Source: a virus
Taxonomy: Duplodnaviria; Caudoviricetes
Length of the DNA: 64,000 nucleotides
Strand: one strand, 5' to 3'
IMG/VR virus record: IMGVR_UViG_3300012020_000005
Coordinates: 17,460-81,459 of that record
Part shown: positions 19,540 through 29,821 of the stretch, one piece after another
Position numbering within the stretch: the first letter of the stretch is position 1
Layout of the letters: each line of letters starts with the position of its first letter
Position numbers and translations under genes: made by a program
Notes under the pieces: generated by a model
Database searches by the model: none
What the model was told of the DNA's origin: nothing
Seen by the model: the letters and a program-made list of their open reading frames with translations, nothing else

Positions 19540-19788
19540 AATTTATTGTTTTGTTTCAATATATCCGTTTATTCTCCAACCCCATTTTTTAGTCCAAGTG
19601 AAATATGGAATTTTATTTTGTATCATATACTTTTGTTATTTTAAATACTCCTATACCTTGTTTTTGTGCGTAAGTTAGCAACTCTTCTTCTGTTTTAAAT
19701 TTTTCTGCCCACAAGTATCCTCTAAACTTTCTATGATAATCGTCCCAAAATCCTTGTCCATCTACTTCTTGTATTGTATAAAATGTTC

Positions 19789-20058
19789 TCATATTTTCTT
19801 AAATTCATACCCTGTTAATTGTGGTTCATATTTTGTTTCCCATACTCTATAAGGTGGTACATCTTCTAATATAGTTTCTGTATTTTTTGTTACGTAATGT
19901 GGATTAGTTTCTACAACCAAGCCATGTTCTTTAAATAATCTTTCCGTGTATTCTTTTGGGTCTTTCATTCCCGCCACAAAAACAGAGTTACCCTTATCAA
20001 GTTGTTCAACTAGTATTTGTAAAGATGCTTGTGTTTTACCTGTTCTCATCATAATCAC
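19789..20058 (-). CDS. Hypothetical protein (P-loop-like remnant)
   Basis: RTGKT near the N-terminus; 89 aa. Confidence 0.5.
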   Translation of the reverse strand: MIMMRTGKTQASLQILVEQLDKGNSVFVAGMKDPKEYTERLFKEHGLVVETNPHYVTKNTETILEDVPPYRVWETKYEPQLTGYEFKKI

Positions 20059-20215
20059 ATATATTCTTCATAAATAAAATCTTCAAAACACTCTTGACAA
20101 GAATAAAAATATTTTACTCCATTATATAAACTAAATTGTCTACTCTCTGCTCTATTTGAGCTACAATAATCACATCTACACATAAATTTGTTCACCTTTT
20201 TAATTATTTATACGG

Positions 20216-20246
20216 CAAATATAAAACAAAAAAGTCAAACACGCAA
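20216..20246 (-). promoter_or_regulatory. Bacteroidota-type primary sigma promoter
   Basis: On - strand: TTG - 20 nt - TATATTTG. Confidence 0.65.
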
Positions 20247-20286
20247 GTATTTGACTAATTATTTTTAAAATATTATTAATTTTTAT

Positions 20287-23200
20287 TTATTCGTCTTTTT
20301 TAAATATTCTACTCGCAAATGCGTAGTTATAAAAAAGATTTTCATCGTTAGTCTGGTAGTGGGTGTAAGACCTCCTATAATCTAAAGGGTCAGCAAATCT
20401 AAAATAATCTTTATAAAAAGGTATTAATTTTTTAATATAGTTATTTTTTTCCTCTGTTGTACCTCCTAAATCACTTATTTTAGCCCAATCTTCTAATTTA
20501 CCCTTAATCATAAGAGGATTATCTAAAGTATGGTAAAGAGAACTTGGTAGTCCAATAGTCGAACCTATTTGTTCAGTAGCTAAACGTGTTAATAGAACGT
20601 CTGTCATTGCAAGTCCAACCCCTACTTCATCTTGGTCATCGTTGTATCTGCTCAATAAAAGTGCCATAAAAGCTAAGGCATTTGCAAACCCTATATCAAC
20701 CAAAACTCGTTTTATATTCTTTTTTTGATTTTCATCGGCATTTTCATAAATTTCTCTAATATTTTTAGGATTTGAAAAAACTTTACCCATAAAATTAGCA
20801 ACACTTCTCCAAGAACCTTCTTGCAATATTCCACTCTCACTGAGGTTAAAGTGCTGATACTTAAAGCGTTGTGGGAGAGCAGACAGAAGATAATTCAAGT
20901 GACTAAGAAAAAAATTAAATTTTGCATCTCTTGCCCAAATAGATTTTTGACTTTGCGGAATTTGGCTATCAATTCTATTTGTAAAAGCTAAAGCTCTTGT
21001 GGATATTGATAATTTCTTTTCTTCTAAGTATTCTTGAACTGTTTGGTTTGGTCTTGGTTTTATCTTTTTCTCCATCCTTTGTAAAAATTCAGGATTTGTA
21101 AAATCTAATACTCCATCTTTTATTGCCGAAACAAAATCAGGAGCAAATAATTCATTTTTAGTCCATTCAGACTTAACATCTCCTTTAAAACCCTCCGAAT
21201 TTAATTTTTGTTTGAATTGATTAAAATCTAATATTCTTCCATCAACTATTCTATAGTCATTTAATATTCCAAATACTCCACGTTCTACTATTGGATAGTT
21301 AGCTATCTCATGTAGTTTTGAATTAGCACTAATAGCTAACCTCAAACCTTTACTATATTGAGAGTCTTCAAAACGGTGAACTGCATTAAAAATACCTAAT
21401 GATTCTCCAATAACGTTACCAACAGATTTAGATTCAAGCCCCATAGCTTCTTTGGCATCACTAGCAGCATATTTCATAAACATTTTGTTCCCTAGATTAG
21501 CAGCAATAGGATTGATAGTCTCTCCTATTATTCTCTCCATAAACTTTTGTGTTGCTCCTTGCATTACGTTAGTTATAGGTACTAAAACTGTTCCTAAATT
21601 GACTTTCTTAGCAAATTTATTTAAAGAAACTAAAACTTTACCCACATCTATTGTTCTATCTCCTGCTTTTATTTCATAAGAAAAGTTTTCTTTAACTCCA
21701 TAGAAATTACTCTCCATGAAAGATTTAAACATTTTTAAAGAGTTTGTAGCATCAGCTTGTTTCTTTTCAAAAGTACTATTTGATAACACATCTTCTATTA
21801 CAAACATATCCCCAATATTTTCCTGTCTTGCTTTAAATAAAGAAGCTTGTTTTCCCCACATAGCATAAGCATAAAGATAGTTTTTAGTTAACTCCTTCTT
21901 ATCTTCAAGAGGTGTATTATAGTATGTTGGTACAGTATATAATCCATTAGTATCTAAAGTTCCTTTTTCTTGTTCTTCGGGTCTAAATGTTGCCCAATCT
22001 CTTACTGACTGAACTAAAGCTTGTGGATTGGTGTTGATGTATCTTTCTACAGTTGTTGCTCTTACTTGGGGCATCATATATCTATCTCGTTTTCCTGTCA
22101 ATTCTTGATAATCAATCATCAAGTCATTGTACTTTAGAATCTCTTTTCTAAGTTCCCACAAATCATTATTTTTAGTAGTTCCTGGCTTTCTATCTCCAGT
22201 CTCATCTAAATCAAACATTTCATAATACGCTTTATTTTTTACTTGGTCAAGATAAGCTTTACTCCATTGCTCCTTTTTAGCATCTCTATTTTTTATAAAT
22301 TCTTGATTTATATTGTCATTTAGTTTTTCCATATAAGAAAAGCTAGGGTTTATTTTAATTAAATCTTTTCTTTTTATAAAATCCTCTACTGTTAAAGTAC
22401 CTGCTTCTAATTGTTGTTTTGTCTCTGTATATCCAATAGGCTCTGTTCTTTTTAGATAAGGTAAAAGTTTTGTTTTTGCATATTTCAACAATGCCTCTTC
22501 CTTTTCTTGTTGCGACATATCTTCTGTAAAGTACCTAGAATATGCTTTAGATATATTTCCGCCCTCTACTATTCTTTGAGCCCCTCTTATTGAAGCTACT
22601 CCATTTGGAGTTGTATTCTCTAAGATAAAACTCAACTCATCTTTCCCACTGTCTTTAACGTAGTTTGTATAAGCGTCATTAACAACAGTTTCTGCTTCTA
22701 ACTCTGATTCAACTTCTTCTTCATTTTTTAAAATGTTTCTAGCTTCGGTATATAGACTTTCTAATTGAATTTGAGCTAATTTAATTTCATCTTTTTGAAC
22801 GTTGTTCATCTGTATGAAATTTGTTTCACTAGGTTTATTGTAAACACTATTTTCTCTTAAAACTCTGTTTATAATTGCTTGTTGCTGTCTTATATTAGTT
22901 ATTAAGTCTGTTGCTTCTTTTGTGCCGTTATTTCTAAGCTTATCTACTAAGCCTGTATTTGTCTTAAACCCTTCATAGTAAGAATCGGGAAATGAAATAT
23001 AGGAATTGTTTTCTAAAAATTCTAATTTTTCATTTGTTGTTTGTAAGGCTTCTAAATCTTTTATGAATTGTTCGGGAAGTTCTATTGCTCCTTCACTTTT
23101 ATATAAATCAACAACGGCTTTATTATATTCTCTTTCAGATTTAAAGTTAGAAGGTTTAATAGTTTTATCTTCAACTTTATTATACCACCTTAAAGCCTCA

Positions 23201-26200
23201 TCTGTTTTATAAAAATCTTGTTCTATTAAGGAAATTTGATTTAATCCTACAACTGTTTCTGCGGTGTCTTTCTCTCTTTGTGACAACTTTGTCCATGAGT
23301 CTTTTTCTACTCCATTTTCATATTTATCAATATCTACAATATAGCGACCTAAATTATCATCATATATTTCTTTTATACCCGCCAATAAACTTCCATCAGA
23401 CGCTCTAGGATTAGAATCTATTTGTCTGTTCTGACTAATTTTTTTCCACTCTGCTTGTGTTTCTTTTGTAATGTTGTTTCCTGCCTCAATTCTAATTTGA
23501 GTAGATTGTCTTTTATATTCATCATTTACTCTTAAAGCTCTTTCATCTACATTTAGTAATGATATAGGGGCATCTTGTCCTGCTAATTGAAGTTCATGTT
23601 TGTTTTTTCTATCAATAAAATCTTGGGTAAAATAAGAGTTATATTTCCATTTAGTAAAATTACTCCATTCATTTTTAAACTCTGCTTGTAACGATAAGGT
23701 ATCTAATGAATTTTCAGATAAAGTGTCAAAATAAGTAGAAAAATCCGTATCTTTTGTTACTTTACTGAAAGAAAATCCTTTAACCTCTATTATTTTATTT
23801 ATTATCTCTACTTTCTTATTTAATTCTAACTCTTCTGCTTTTACAGGGTCAATCTCATTTATAATAGAATCTCCGCCTTGATGCAATAACTCTAGGTTTT
23901 TCTGATTTAGATTAGGAATATTAAGTAAACTTTTAAATGGTTTTTGAAAGTATTCAATACCTTGCAAATTCATTCTTTCAATTATATTTCCCGCCACATT
24001 CAAAACTCCTGAACGAGCTAATAGCAAAGAACCTAAATGTGCATGGAAAAAGTCAGTATCTTTTTGAACTCCTTCAATACTGTTCTCCATATACTTAATA
24101 TAGGTGGCTCTATTATCTCCAACCATTTCATTTGCATCAGCAATCTTTTCAATCATGTTTTTAAAGGATTCTTTTCTTAATTTAGAAATATCCCCTTGCA
24201 TACCAAACATTTGTTTTGCAATATCATCAATAGAGGCTATCATTTCCTTTTCAAAATTGTTTAAAGGATTTAGAGTTGCTTTAACCTCTGATAATGATGG
24301 TAATACTCTGTCTTTTATACCCTGAAACAGAATATTTTCAGTTTGTGATAGTGGGTGGTCTCCCTCTTGTGTTTTATCAATTGCTCTACGTATTGTATTT
24401 ACTTGTGAAGATGTAACTCTAATTAAAGATGCTATTCCTTTTAGTTTTTCAGCATTTTCTAATTCGGCAACTACTCTTTTTTGCTCCTCTGTTAATCCTT
24501 CTGTAGATGTTGTTGGTGTATTTATTTCTCTTTCGGCTCTTTCTAATAAAGATTTTTCAACGGAGTTTCTCGTTTTACTAGCTTGTTCTCTAAGGTTTTC
24601 TAATAATTTTGTACTTGCGCTGTACAGTTTATGCGCTTCAGTACTTGCACTTGAAATAGAAAACAATACATCAGTATCTTGGGTATTGGTATTCAAATTT
24701 ATAGTCTCTTTAAATAAATTTCTATAAACTTGTCTTTCTAAGTTTTTTAATTCTAAAGCATAATCATTACTAAAATATGCTCTAATTCTATCAAAAAACT
24801 CATTGAAAAACTCTTTAATCTTATTTATTATTGAGTCTTCAATTTGATTTGTGTTTCTAGCTTGGAAATTTTCTTTTATGGAGTTGGCTATAACTTTTCC
24901 TAATATCTCTTTTCTTGTTGTTTCTTCATTACCGTATATACGCATGTATTCTTCGGCGTGTTGTTGCCACTCCTTAGTTTTATGAATATTTCGTAGTACG
25001 TTCTCTTTTTTCTCTAGTGGTATAGAAGATTCAATAAGGTGTGCTACCTCTTCAACTAAATCATCTTGTTCAATTACACCACCTTTAAAAGCTACAACTT
25101 TATTAGCTAAATCTACTAATGCTTTTGCCGAAATAGGTAGATTATTTCTTTTAGAATAGTTTTTTAAATAGTCTTCAAAAGAAACTGTTTTTATTCCAAA
25201 TTTCTTTAAGAGGTTCATTAATTTCTCTTGTAATTCATTCTCAGGAATAAATTCTTCTTGTGTTGATTTTATTTTTGTAGTTTGATTTTTGAATTCTTTA
25301 TTTACTAGTATATCAGCAACAGTTTCTTTTGAGAATTGTTTTTCTAATTCTTTTATTGGTTGATTTAAATCTTCTAATTTTACAGTTTTTTCTTCGCCGT
25401 TTTTATTTGTTAAAGTTACGTTAGTTCGTTTATTTTCCTCTGTTATTGTTAGAGTATCATCAGCATGTATTGTAACAGCGTTTATACCAAATTGTCTTTT
25501 AAATAAGTCTTTAGCTATTTCACTATTTATCTTTTGTTTTTCATAGGTTTGTCCTTGTGGTTTGTAATGTATTTTTTCATTTTCTTTATAGGATTCTCCA
25601 CTTAAAATATCAGATTTTACCATATTATTAATAAAACCTTCTGTTGTTTCGATATTTGTATTTGTTGAGATTGAATACAGTTCTTTAAATCCACTCACAG
25701 TATTTACTCCCGCTTGTAGTGGCTCTCCTTGTGTATTTTTTAAAGCATCTGAATAGTTGTCAAATACTTTACCATCTTGTGTTTGGTATTTTAGTTTTGG
25801 GGCGGTTTGGGATAACGAAAAAGCCACAACAGGGTTTTGAGTGTCTGCTTGTGTTATAGGTGCTTCATACCAATCAAATCCATTTTCATCTGTTACTATT
25901 TCAACTTCTTTTTCTTTTTTTAGTATTTCGGCGATTTCTTCATATTTACGAGCAACTGTTTGTTGAGTGTCTGATAGGTCTGAGATGTTGAAACCTTGTT
26001 TGTTCTCAGCAACGTTGTACATAGAGGGTTGACTAAGTGTTTCTACATTTGTATAATCATCAAAAATATATACTTCATTGTCATCTTTACTATATACATA
26101 ATAAGTGTCATTATTTGTTTCTTCTCCGCTATAAAGAAGTGTCTTTACATTAGGTATAGGCTCTCTTTCCCATTGTTCAACAAAACCTTTATAAGTAAAA

Positions 26201-27849
26201 ATTTCTTCCATTGAACTGCGGCTAACAACTTCTATTTCCTGCTCATTTGAATAAGTTACTATATAATCTTGACCTAAGTATCCTATCATATCACCAGAAG
26301 TTAAAGTCCTCTTATTTTCATCTATTGAATATTGAATAGAGTATGGAGGAGTGCTTCCTTCACCTGTTGAAACGTACCCCTCAATAACACTCAAAGTATA
26401 TGGTGTAGGAAAACGTAAAGAAGTTGCTCCACTTAGTGATGCTTCTTTTATTGCTTCTCTTACCATTCTTTGTTCCCAAACCTTTTGAGATGCTATGAAT
26501 TGTTTTTCTTGTGGGGAAAGTGCTTTAAAAAACTCTTGTTCTACTTTAGACTTCTCTTTTTCTAATTGTTTTAAAAATTCATCTTTAGAGAAAAAGTCTA
26601 AACTATTCTTTAATACATCCTTTGCTTCTTGTAAGCTATCTAACACCTCTGGAATAACTTCGTTATCTACAAAAGGGTAGTATTGATTAGACATCTTTAC
26701 TATCTTCAACTCTGTTCCAAAAAAATCAGTAGTAAAATTACTCCCTTCTTCTTTGAAAATTAATTTATCAAAAACACTGTTTTTTACTCTATTTTTTGCC
26801 TCTTTATTAATATTAGATTGTTTTATGAATAATTCTTTAGCTTTGTTTTTTTGATAAGTGTCTGATTGAAGCTCTGCTACATAATAATCTTGTCCATCTT
26901 GCCATACACGAATATGACCAAACATTCCTTTGTTTATAGGTAAATCTCCAACAAAGTTTTCTTTTAGTTGTTCAATCATGTACTTATGTATCTCTTTTAA
27001 ATCAGTAAAAGGCACATCTGATACGTTTCTTCTTAATATGTTACTATTGCTTTCGCCTTTTAAAATATAAACTTCGTTTGTAGAATCCCATTCATCTATT
27101 GCTCTAACAACATTAGAATTTCTCAAATTTACTTTAGTATCTGTTGTCCTACTATAATTCTCAATCCAAGCATCAACAGCTTCTTTTGTTCCTGCTGTAC
27201 CTATATATTGATAAATATTATTGTCATTTGCTTGACTTTCATAACCTTCTTCTACTGCTACCCAAACATTATCGTTTAATTGTTTAGGTACATATTTAAT
27301 ATTTTGTCGCCCACTAGCTTTAAAGTCTCCTGAAAAGTGACCTGTTACTCCATGTTCAATTGGTGCGTTTAAAATTAAAGTTTTAGCTTCTCCATAATTA
27401 CCTGAACCAAGGTTATCCATACCATAGTCAGCATAAGAAGAAGTTGTAATTCTTTCTAGTGGCATTATATTAGCCCTAACTGTTGCTTCTAGCTCATCAA
27501 ATGAAATCTTTTTTTGACCTTTATAATTATCTTCAATTACTTGATTAATTAAATCTTTTTCTATTTGTTTTATCCCACCACCATTAAGTATTTGTTGTAC
27601 GGTTATTGGGTTAACCATTTTACCTCGCATTTCTACAAAAGACTTATTATCAAAAACCGAAAGAGTTAATGGTAATTTATCTGCTACTCTTGGTATTTCA
27701 ATTTCTTTTGAATAAGTCTCCATAAAAATATCTAAAGCCTCATTAAAATCCTTGACTTGTGCATTATTCAATATTTCTTGAAATATTTCATTATTCTCTT
27801 GAACACCAATTTTATTTCCATTATTATCGTATATTATAGTACAGCTCAT
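20287..27849 (-). CDS. Giant internal virion / ejection (polyvalent-type) protein, 2520 aa
   Basis: Size and position in the virion module; GHIR...ELQSD segment; zincin-like EEVAH motif; hydrophobic C-terminus. Confidence 0.7.
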   Translation of the reverse strand: MSCTIIYDNNGNKIGVQENNEIFQEILNNAQVKDFNEALDIFMETYSKEIEIPRVADKLPLTLSVFDNKSFVEMRGKMVNPITVQQILNGGGIKQIEKDLINQVIEDNYKGQKKISFDELEATVRANIMPLERITTSSYADYGMDNLGSGNYGEAKTLILNAPIEHGVTGHFSGDFKASGRQNIKYVPKQLNDNVWVAVEEGYESQANDNNIYQYIGTAGTKEAVDAWIENYSRTTDTKVNLRNSNVVRAIDEWDSTNEVYILKGESNSNILRRNVSDVPFTDLKEIHKYMIEQLKENFVGDLPINKGMFGHIRVWQDGQDYYVAELQSDTYQKNKAKELFIKQSNINKEAKNRVKNSVFDKLIFKEEGSNFTTDFFGTELKIVKMSNQYYPFVDNEVIPEVLDSLQEAKDVLKNSLDFFSKDEFLKQLEKEKSKVEQEFFKALSPQEKQFIASQKVWEQRMVREAIKEASLSGATSLRFPTPYTLSVIEGYVSTGEGSTPPYSIQYSIDENKRTLTSGDMIGYLGQDYIVTYSNEQEIEVVSRSSMEEIFTYKGFVEQWEREPIPNVKTLLYSGEETNNDTYYVYSKDDNEVYIFDDYTNVETLSQPSMYNVAENKQGFNISDLSDTQQTVARKYEEIAEILKKEKEVEIVTDENGFDWYEAPITQADTQNPVVAFSLSQTAPKLKYQTQDGKVFDNYSDALKNTQGEPLQAGVNTVSGFKELYSISTNTNIETTEGFINNMVKSDILSGESYKENEKIHYKPQGQTYEKQKINSEIAKDLFKRQFGINAVTIHADDTLTITEENKRTNVTLTNKNGEEKTVKLEDLNQPIKELEKQFSKETVADILVNKEFKNQTTKIKSTQEEFIPENELQEKLMNLLKKFGIKTVSFEDYLKNYSKRNNLPISAKALVDLANKVVAFKGGVIEQDDLVEEVAHLIESSIPLEKKENVLRNIHKTKEWQQHAEEYMRIYGNEETTRKEILGKVIANSIKENFQARNTNQIEDSIINKIKEFFNEFFDRIRAYFSNDYALELKNLERQVYRNLFKETINLNTNTQDTDVLFSISSASTEAHKLYSASTKLLENLREQASKTRNSVEKSLLERAEREINTPTTSTEGLTEEQKRVVAELENAEKLKGIASLIRVTSSQVNTIRRAIDKTQEGDHPLSQTENILFQGIKDRVLPSLSEVKATLNPLNNFEKEMIASIDDIAKQMFGMQGDISKLRKESFKNMIEKIADANEMVGDNRATYIKYMENSIEGVQKDTDFFHAHLGSLLLARSGVLNVAGNIIERMNLQGIEYFQKPFKSLLNIPNLNQKNLELLHQGGDSIINEIDPVKAEELELNKKVEIINKIIEVKGFSFSKVTKDTDFSTYFDTLSENSLDTLSLQAEFKNEWSNFTKWKYNSYFTQDFIDRKNKHELQLAGQDAPISLLNVDERALRVNDEYKRQSTQIRIEAGNNITKETQAEWKKISQNRQIDSNPRASDGSLLAGIKEIYDDNLGRYIVDIDKYENGVEKDSWTKLSQREKDTAETVVGLNQISLIEQDFYKTDEALRWYNKVEDKTIKPSNFKSEREYNKAVVDLYKSEGAIELPEQFIKDLEALQTTNEKLEFLENNSYISFPDSYYEGFKTNTGLVDKLRNNGTKEATDLITNIRQQQAIINRVLRENSVYNKPSETNFIQMNNVQKDEIKLAQIQLESLYTEARNILKNEEEVESELEAETVVNDAYTNYVKDSGKDELSFILENTTPNGVASIRGAQRIVEGGNISKAYSRYFTEDMSQQEKEEALLKYAKTKLLPYLKRTEPIGYTETKQQLEAGTLTVEDFIKRKDLIKINPSFSYMEKLNDNINQEFIKNRDAKKEQWSKAYLDQVKNKAYYEMFDLDETGDRKPGTTKNNDLWELRKEILKYNDLMIDYQELTGKRDRYMMPQVRATTVERYINTNPQALVQSVRDWATFRPEEQEKGTLDTNGLYTVPTYYNTPLEDKKELTKNYLYAYAMWGKQASLFKARQENIGDMFVIEDVLSNSTFEKKQADATNSLKMFKSFMESNFYGVKENFSYEIKAGDRTIDVGKVLVSLNKFAKKVNLGTVLVPITNVMQGATQKFMERIIGETINPIAANLGNKMFMKYAASDAKEAMGLESKSVGNVIGESLGIFNAVHRFEDSQYSKGLRLAISANSKLHEIANYPIVERGVFGILNDYRIVDGRILDFNQFKQKLNSEGFKGDVKSEWTKNELFAPDFVSAIKDGVLDFTNPEFLQRMEKKIKPRPNQTVQEYLEEKKLSISTRALAFTNRIDSQIPQSQKSIWARDAKFNFFLSHLNYLLSALPQRFKYQHFNLSESGILQEGSWRSVANFMGKVFSNPKNIREIYENADENQKKNIKRVLVDIGFANALAFMALLLSRYNDDQDEVGVGLAMTDVLLTRLATEQIGSTIGLPSSLYHTLDNPLMIKGKLEDWAKISDLGGTTEEKNNYIKKLIPFYKDYFRFADPLDYRRSYTHYQTNDENLFYNYAFASRIFKKDE

Positions 27850-29126
27850 TAACAGTTAAATTTATCGTTTTTAATTTGGTTTTTTTCTTCTTGTTTTAAG
27901 TATTTTTTCGGCGAGGTAAATAAATCTTCTTGTGTTGAAAGATAATTATAATCACTTAATCTTATATCTGTTTTTGGTGGTTTTATGTTGTATTGATAAT
28001 AATCTTTCGCTTCATTTTCTGTTTTTATTTTGGCAAAAGTACTTAAATTACCTTTTACTTCTACATTTTCATAAATTTCATCATTAACTTTTATAAATGT
28101 TTCTATATTGTCTTTTAATATTATTGTGTCTTCATTTACTCTAAATAAATCTTTTTTGTAGTTTTCTAAAGTTTGCGGATTATTTACAACTAAATCTCTT
28201 GGATTTTCATTTATTTCTTCAACTTCTAAATCGGGCATTTGTTTTGAAATCAAGGAATATTGTCTTAGATTGTTATCAGCATATATCTCTATTTGTTGCA
28301 TAGTGATGTCATCTGCATTTAATAAATTTATTCCTTTTTCATTTACTTCAAAGTTTGAATAAAAGTTTTTATATTTTGCCGAATTTTTTTGCTTTTCTTT
28401 TAATTGGTCTATATAAAAATCTGAAATAAAATCTTCTGTTAAATATCTATAATTTCCTGTGAATTGTTTTGTGGCGTTTTTGTATTGTGGTCTTTTAGTT
28501 AAATATCTAATGTCGTTTGTTTCCTCAGTTGTTGTTCCTTTTATTTCTGTTGCTGATTTTATTTGGTTGGGTTTTGCAGTTACATACACGTCAGAAACTC
28601 CAGCTCTACCATTTCCTAATAAGTCGTCTTTTACATTTTCTACTAAAATACCATCTGTTTTATTCTGTCCTTTTTTATCAGTAACTATTCCAGGAAATCT
28701 ATATCCAAAAACAGATTCATAGATACCTTGTACTGATAGTTTACTTTTTTTAGAAAGCATTGTATTTTCTGTAACTTCTATTGAACTAAAACTAGAATTT
28801 TTAGCATCAATAATTTCAATATTTCTAATATTTAAAAAAGTAGAATATACTCCCTTTTGACTGTTATTTGTTTTGTCTTCATAAGTTTTGGCTACTACCC
28901 TACTACTACTGAAAAACGACATCCCTTTTTTAAATTCGGTAAAACCTTTATTTGGAGTTCCGTGATAAACAACCAATGGCTCTCCGTTTTCATCGATAAC
29001 TTTTGAAGCATTTTGTAGTCCTATATTTGTAACCTGATTTACCAAATCTATATTATATACTGATAATTGGGTAATTAAATCCTCTTTAGTATAATCTTTA
29101 TTATTAAAAGTATATGTACAACTCAT
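27849..29126 (-). CDS. Virion-module protein with ADP-ribosyltransferase-like (polyvalent-protein ART) domain
   Basis: SKVIDENGEPLVVYHGT...F..F...FFSS...A..Y...VY.TFLNI. Confidence 0.65.
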   Translation of the reverse strand: MSCTYTFNNKDYTKEDLITQLSVYNIDLVNQVTNIGLQNASKVIDENGEPLVVYHGTPNKGFTEFKKGMSFFSSSRVVAKTYEDKTNNSQKGVYSTFLNIRNIEIIDAKNSSFSSIEVTENTMLSKKSKLSVQGIYESVFGYRFPGIVTDKKGQNKTDGILVENVKDDLLGNGRAGVSDVYVTAKPNQIKSATEIKGTTTEETNDIRYLTKRPQYKNATKQFTGNYRYLTEDFISDFYIDQLKEKQKNSAKYKNFYSNFEVNEKGINLLNADDITMQQIEIYADNNLRQYSLISKQMPDLEVEEINENPRDLVVNNPQTLENYKKDLFRVNEDTIILKDNIETFIKVNDEIYENVEVKGNLSTFAKIKTENEAKDYYQYNIKPPKTDIRLSDYNYLSTQEDLFTSPKKYLKQEEKNQIKNDKFNC

Positions 29127-29128
29127 TT

Positions 29129-29821
29129 TTATTTAACTATTAAATTTTGTAGTGTCTTCCAAGTTCTCCCTGCTCTTATTTCTGTTATTAGTCCTGATGT
29201 TATTTGTGGATACTTTTTAACTATTTCTTTATTTCTAAAACCTTCGTTTATCATACTTATAATATCTAATCTTTCATGTTCAAGAAGTTTTGAATTTCCA
29301 TTATTACTGCCCGTAAAAACATTGGTTTTAAAATTTTTTAATCTTTTATTTTTAAAATCAAATGGATTATCTTTTTTAATATTAAATAAAATATCCTTTA
29401 AGTAATTTTTTTGTTCTTCCGTCCAAATTTTACCTTTATTCCTTTCAGATATTTTAATCTTTTCTTCCTCTGTCATTTTTTTACCTAAACAAGGTGCTTT
29501 ACAATCTGTTGCTATATTATAAGAACAATCATAAAAACTTTTATCTTTAACCCATTGTTCTAATACAGTGTTATACTTGGGCAATGTGTTTAAAATGGGT
29601 ATAAACTTAAAATTATTTTTTCCATCTTTATTGAAAGCTGATTGTAAATGATTGTTTGGATGTGTTCCTCTCATTAATGAATTATAGTGCCAAAATAATC
29701 TTTTTCTTATATTAATACTACTGCCTACATAACATTTACTATTTACTGTATTTTTTATTAAATAAACTCCAGACTCTTTATCAGATACTCTATCCGATTT
29801 TTCATAAACATTAAAATCCAC
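29129..29821 (-). CDS. GIY-YIG homing endonuclease with NUMOD3-like motif
   Basis: SGVYLI...CYVGSS...R...H; GKKMTEEEKIKISE. Confidence 0.85.
   Translation of the reverse strand: MDFNVYEKSDRVSDKESGVYLIKNTVNSKCYVGSSINIRKRLFWHYNSLMRGTHPNNHLQSAFNKDGKNNFKFIPILNTLPKYNTVLEQWVKDKSFYDCSYNIATDCKAPCLGKKMTEEEKIKISERNKGKIWTEEQKNYLKDILFNIKKDNPFDFKNKRLKNFKTNVFTGSNNGNSKLLEHERLDIISMINEGFRNKEIVKKYPQITSGLITEIRAGRTWKTLQNLIVK

Noticed and set aside
20287-27849. Virion RNA polymerase call for the 2520-aa protein
   Set aside because: No convincing catalytic aspartate motif seen by eye; left as an internal virion protein.
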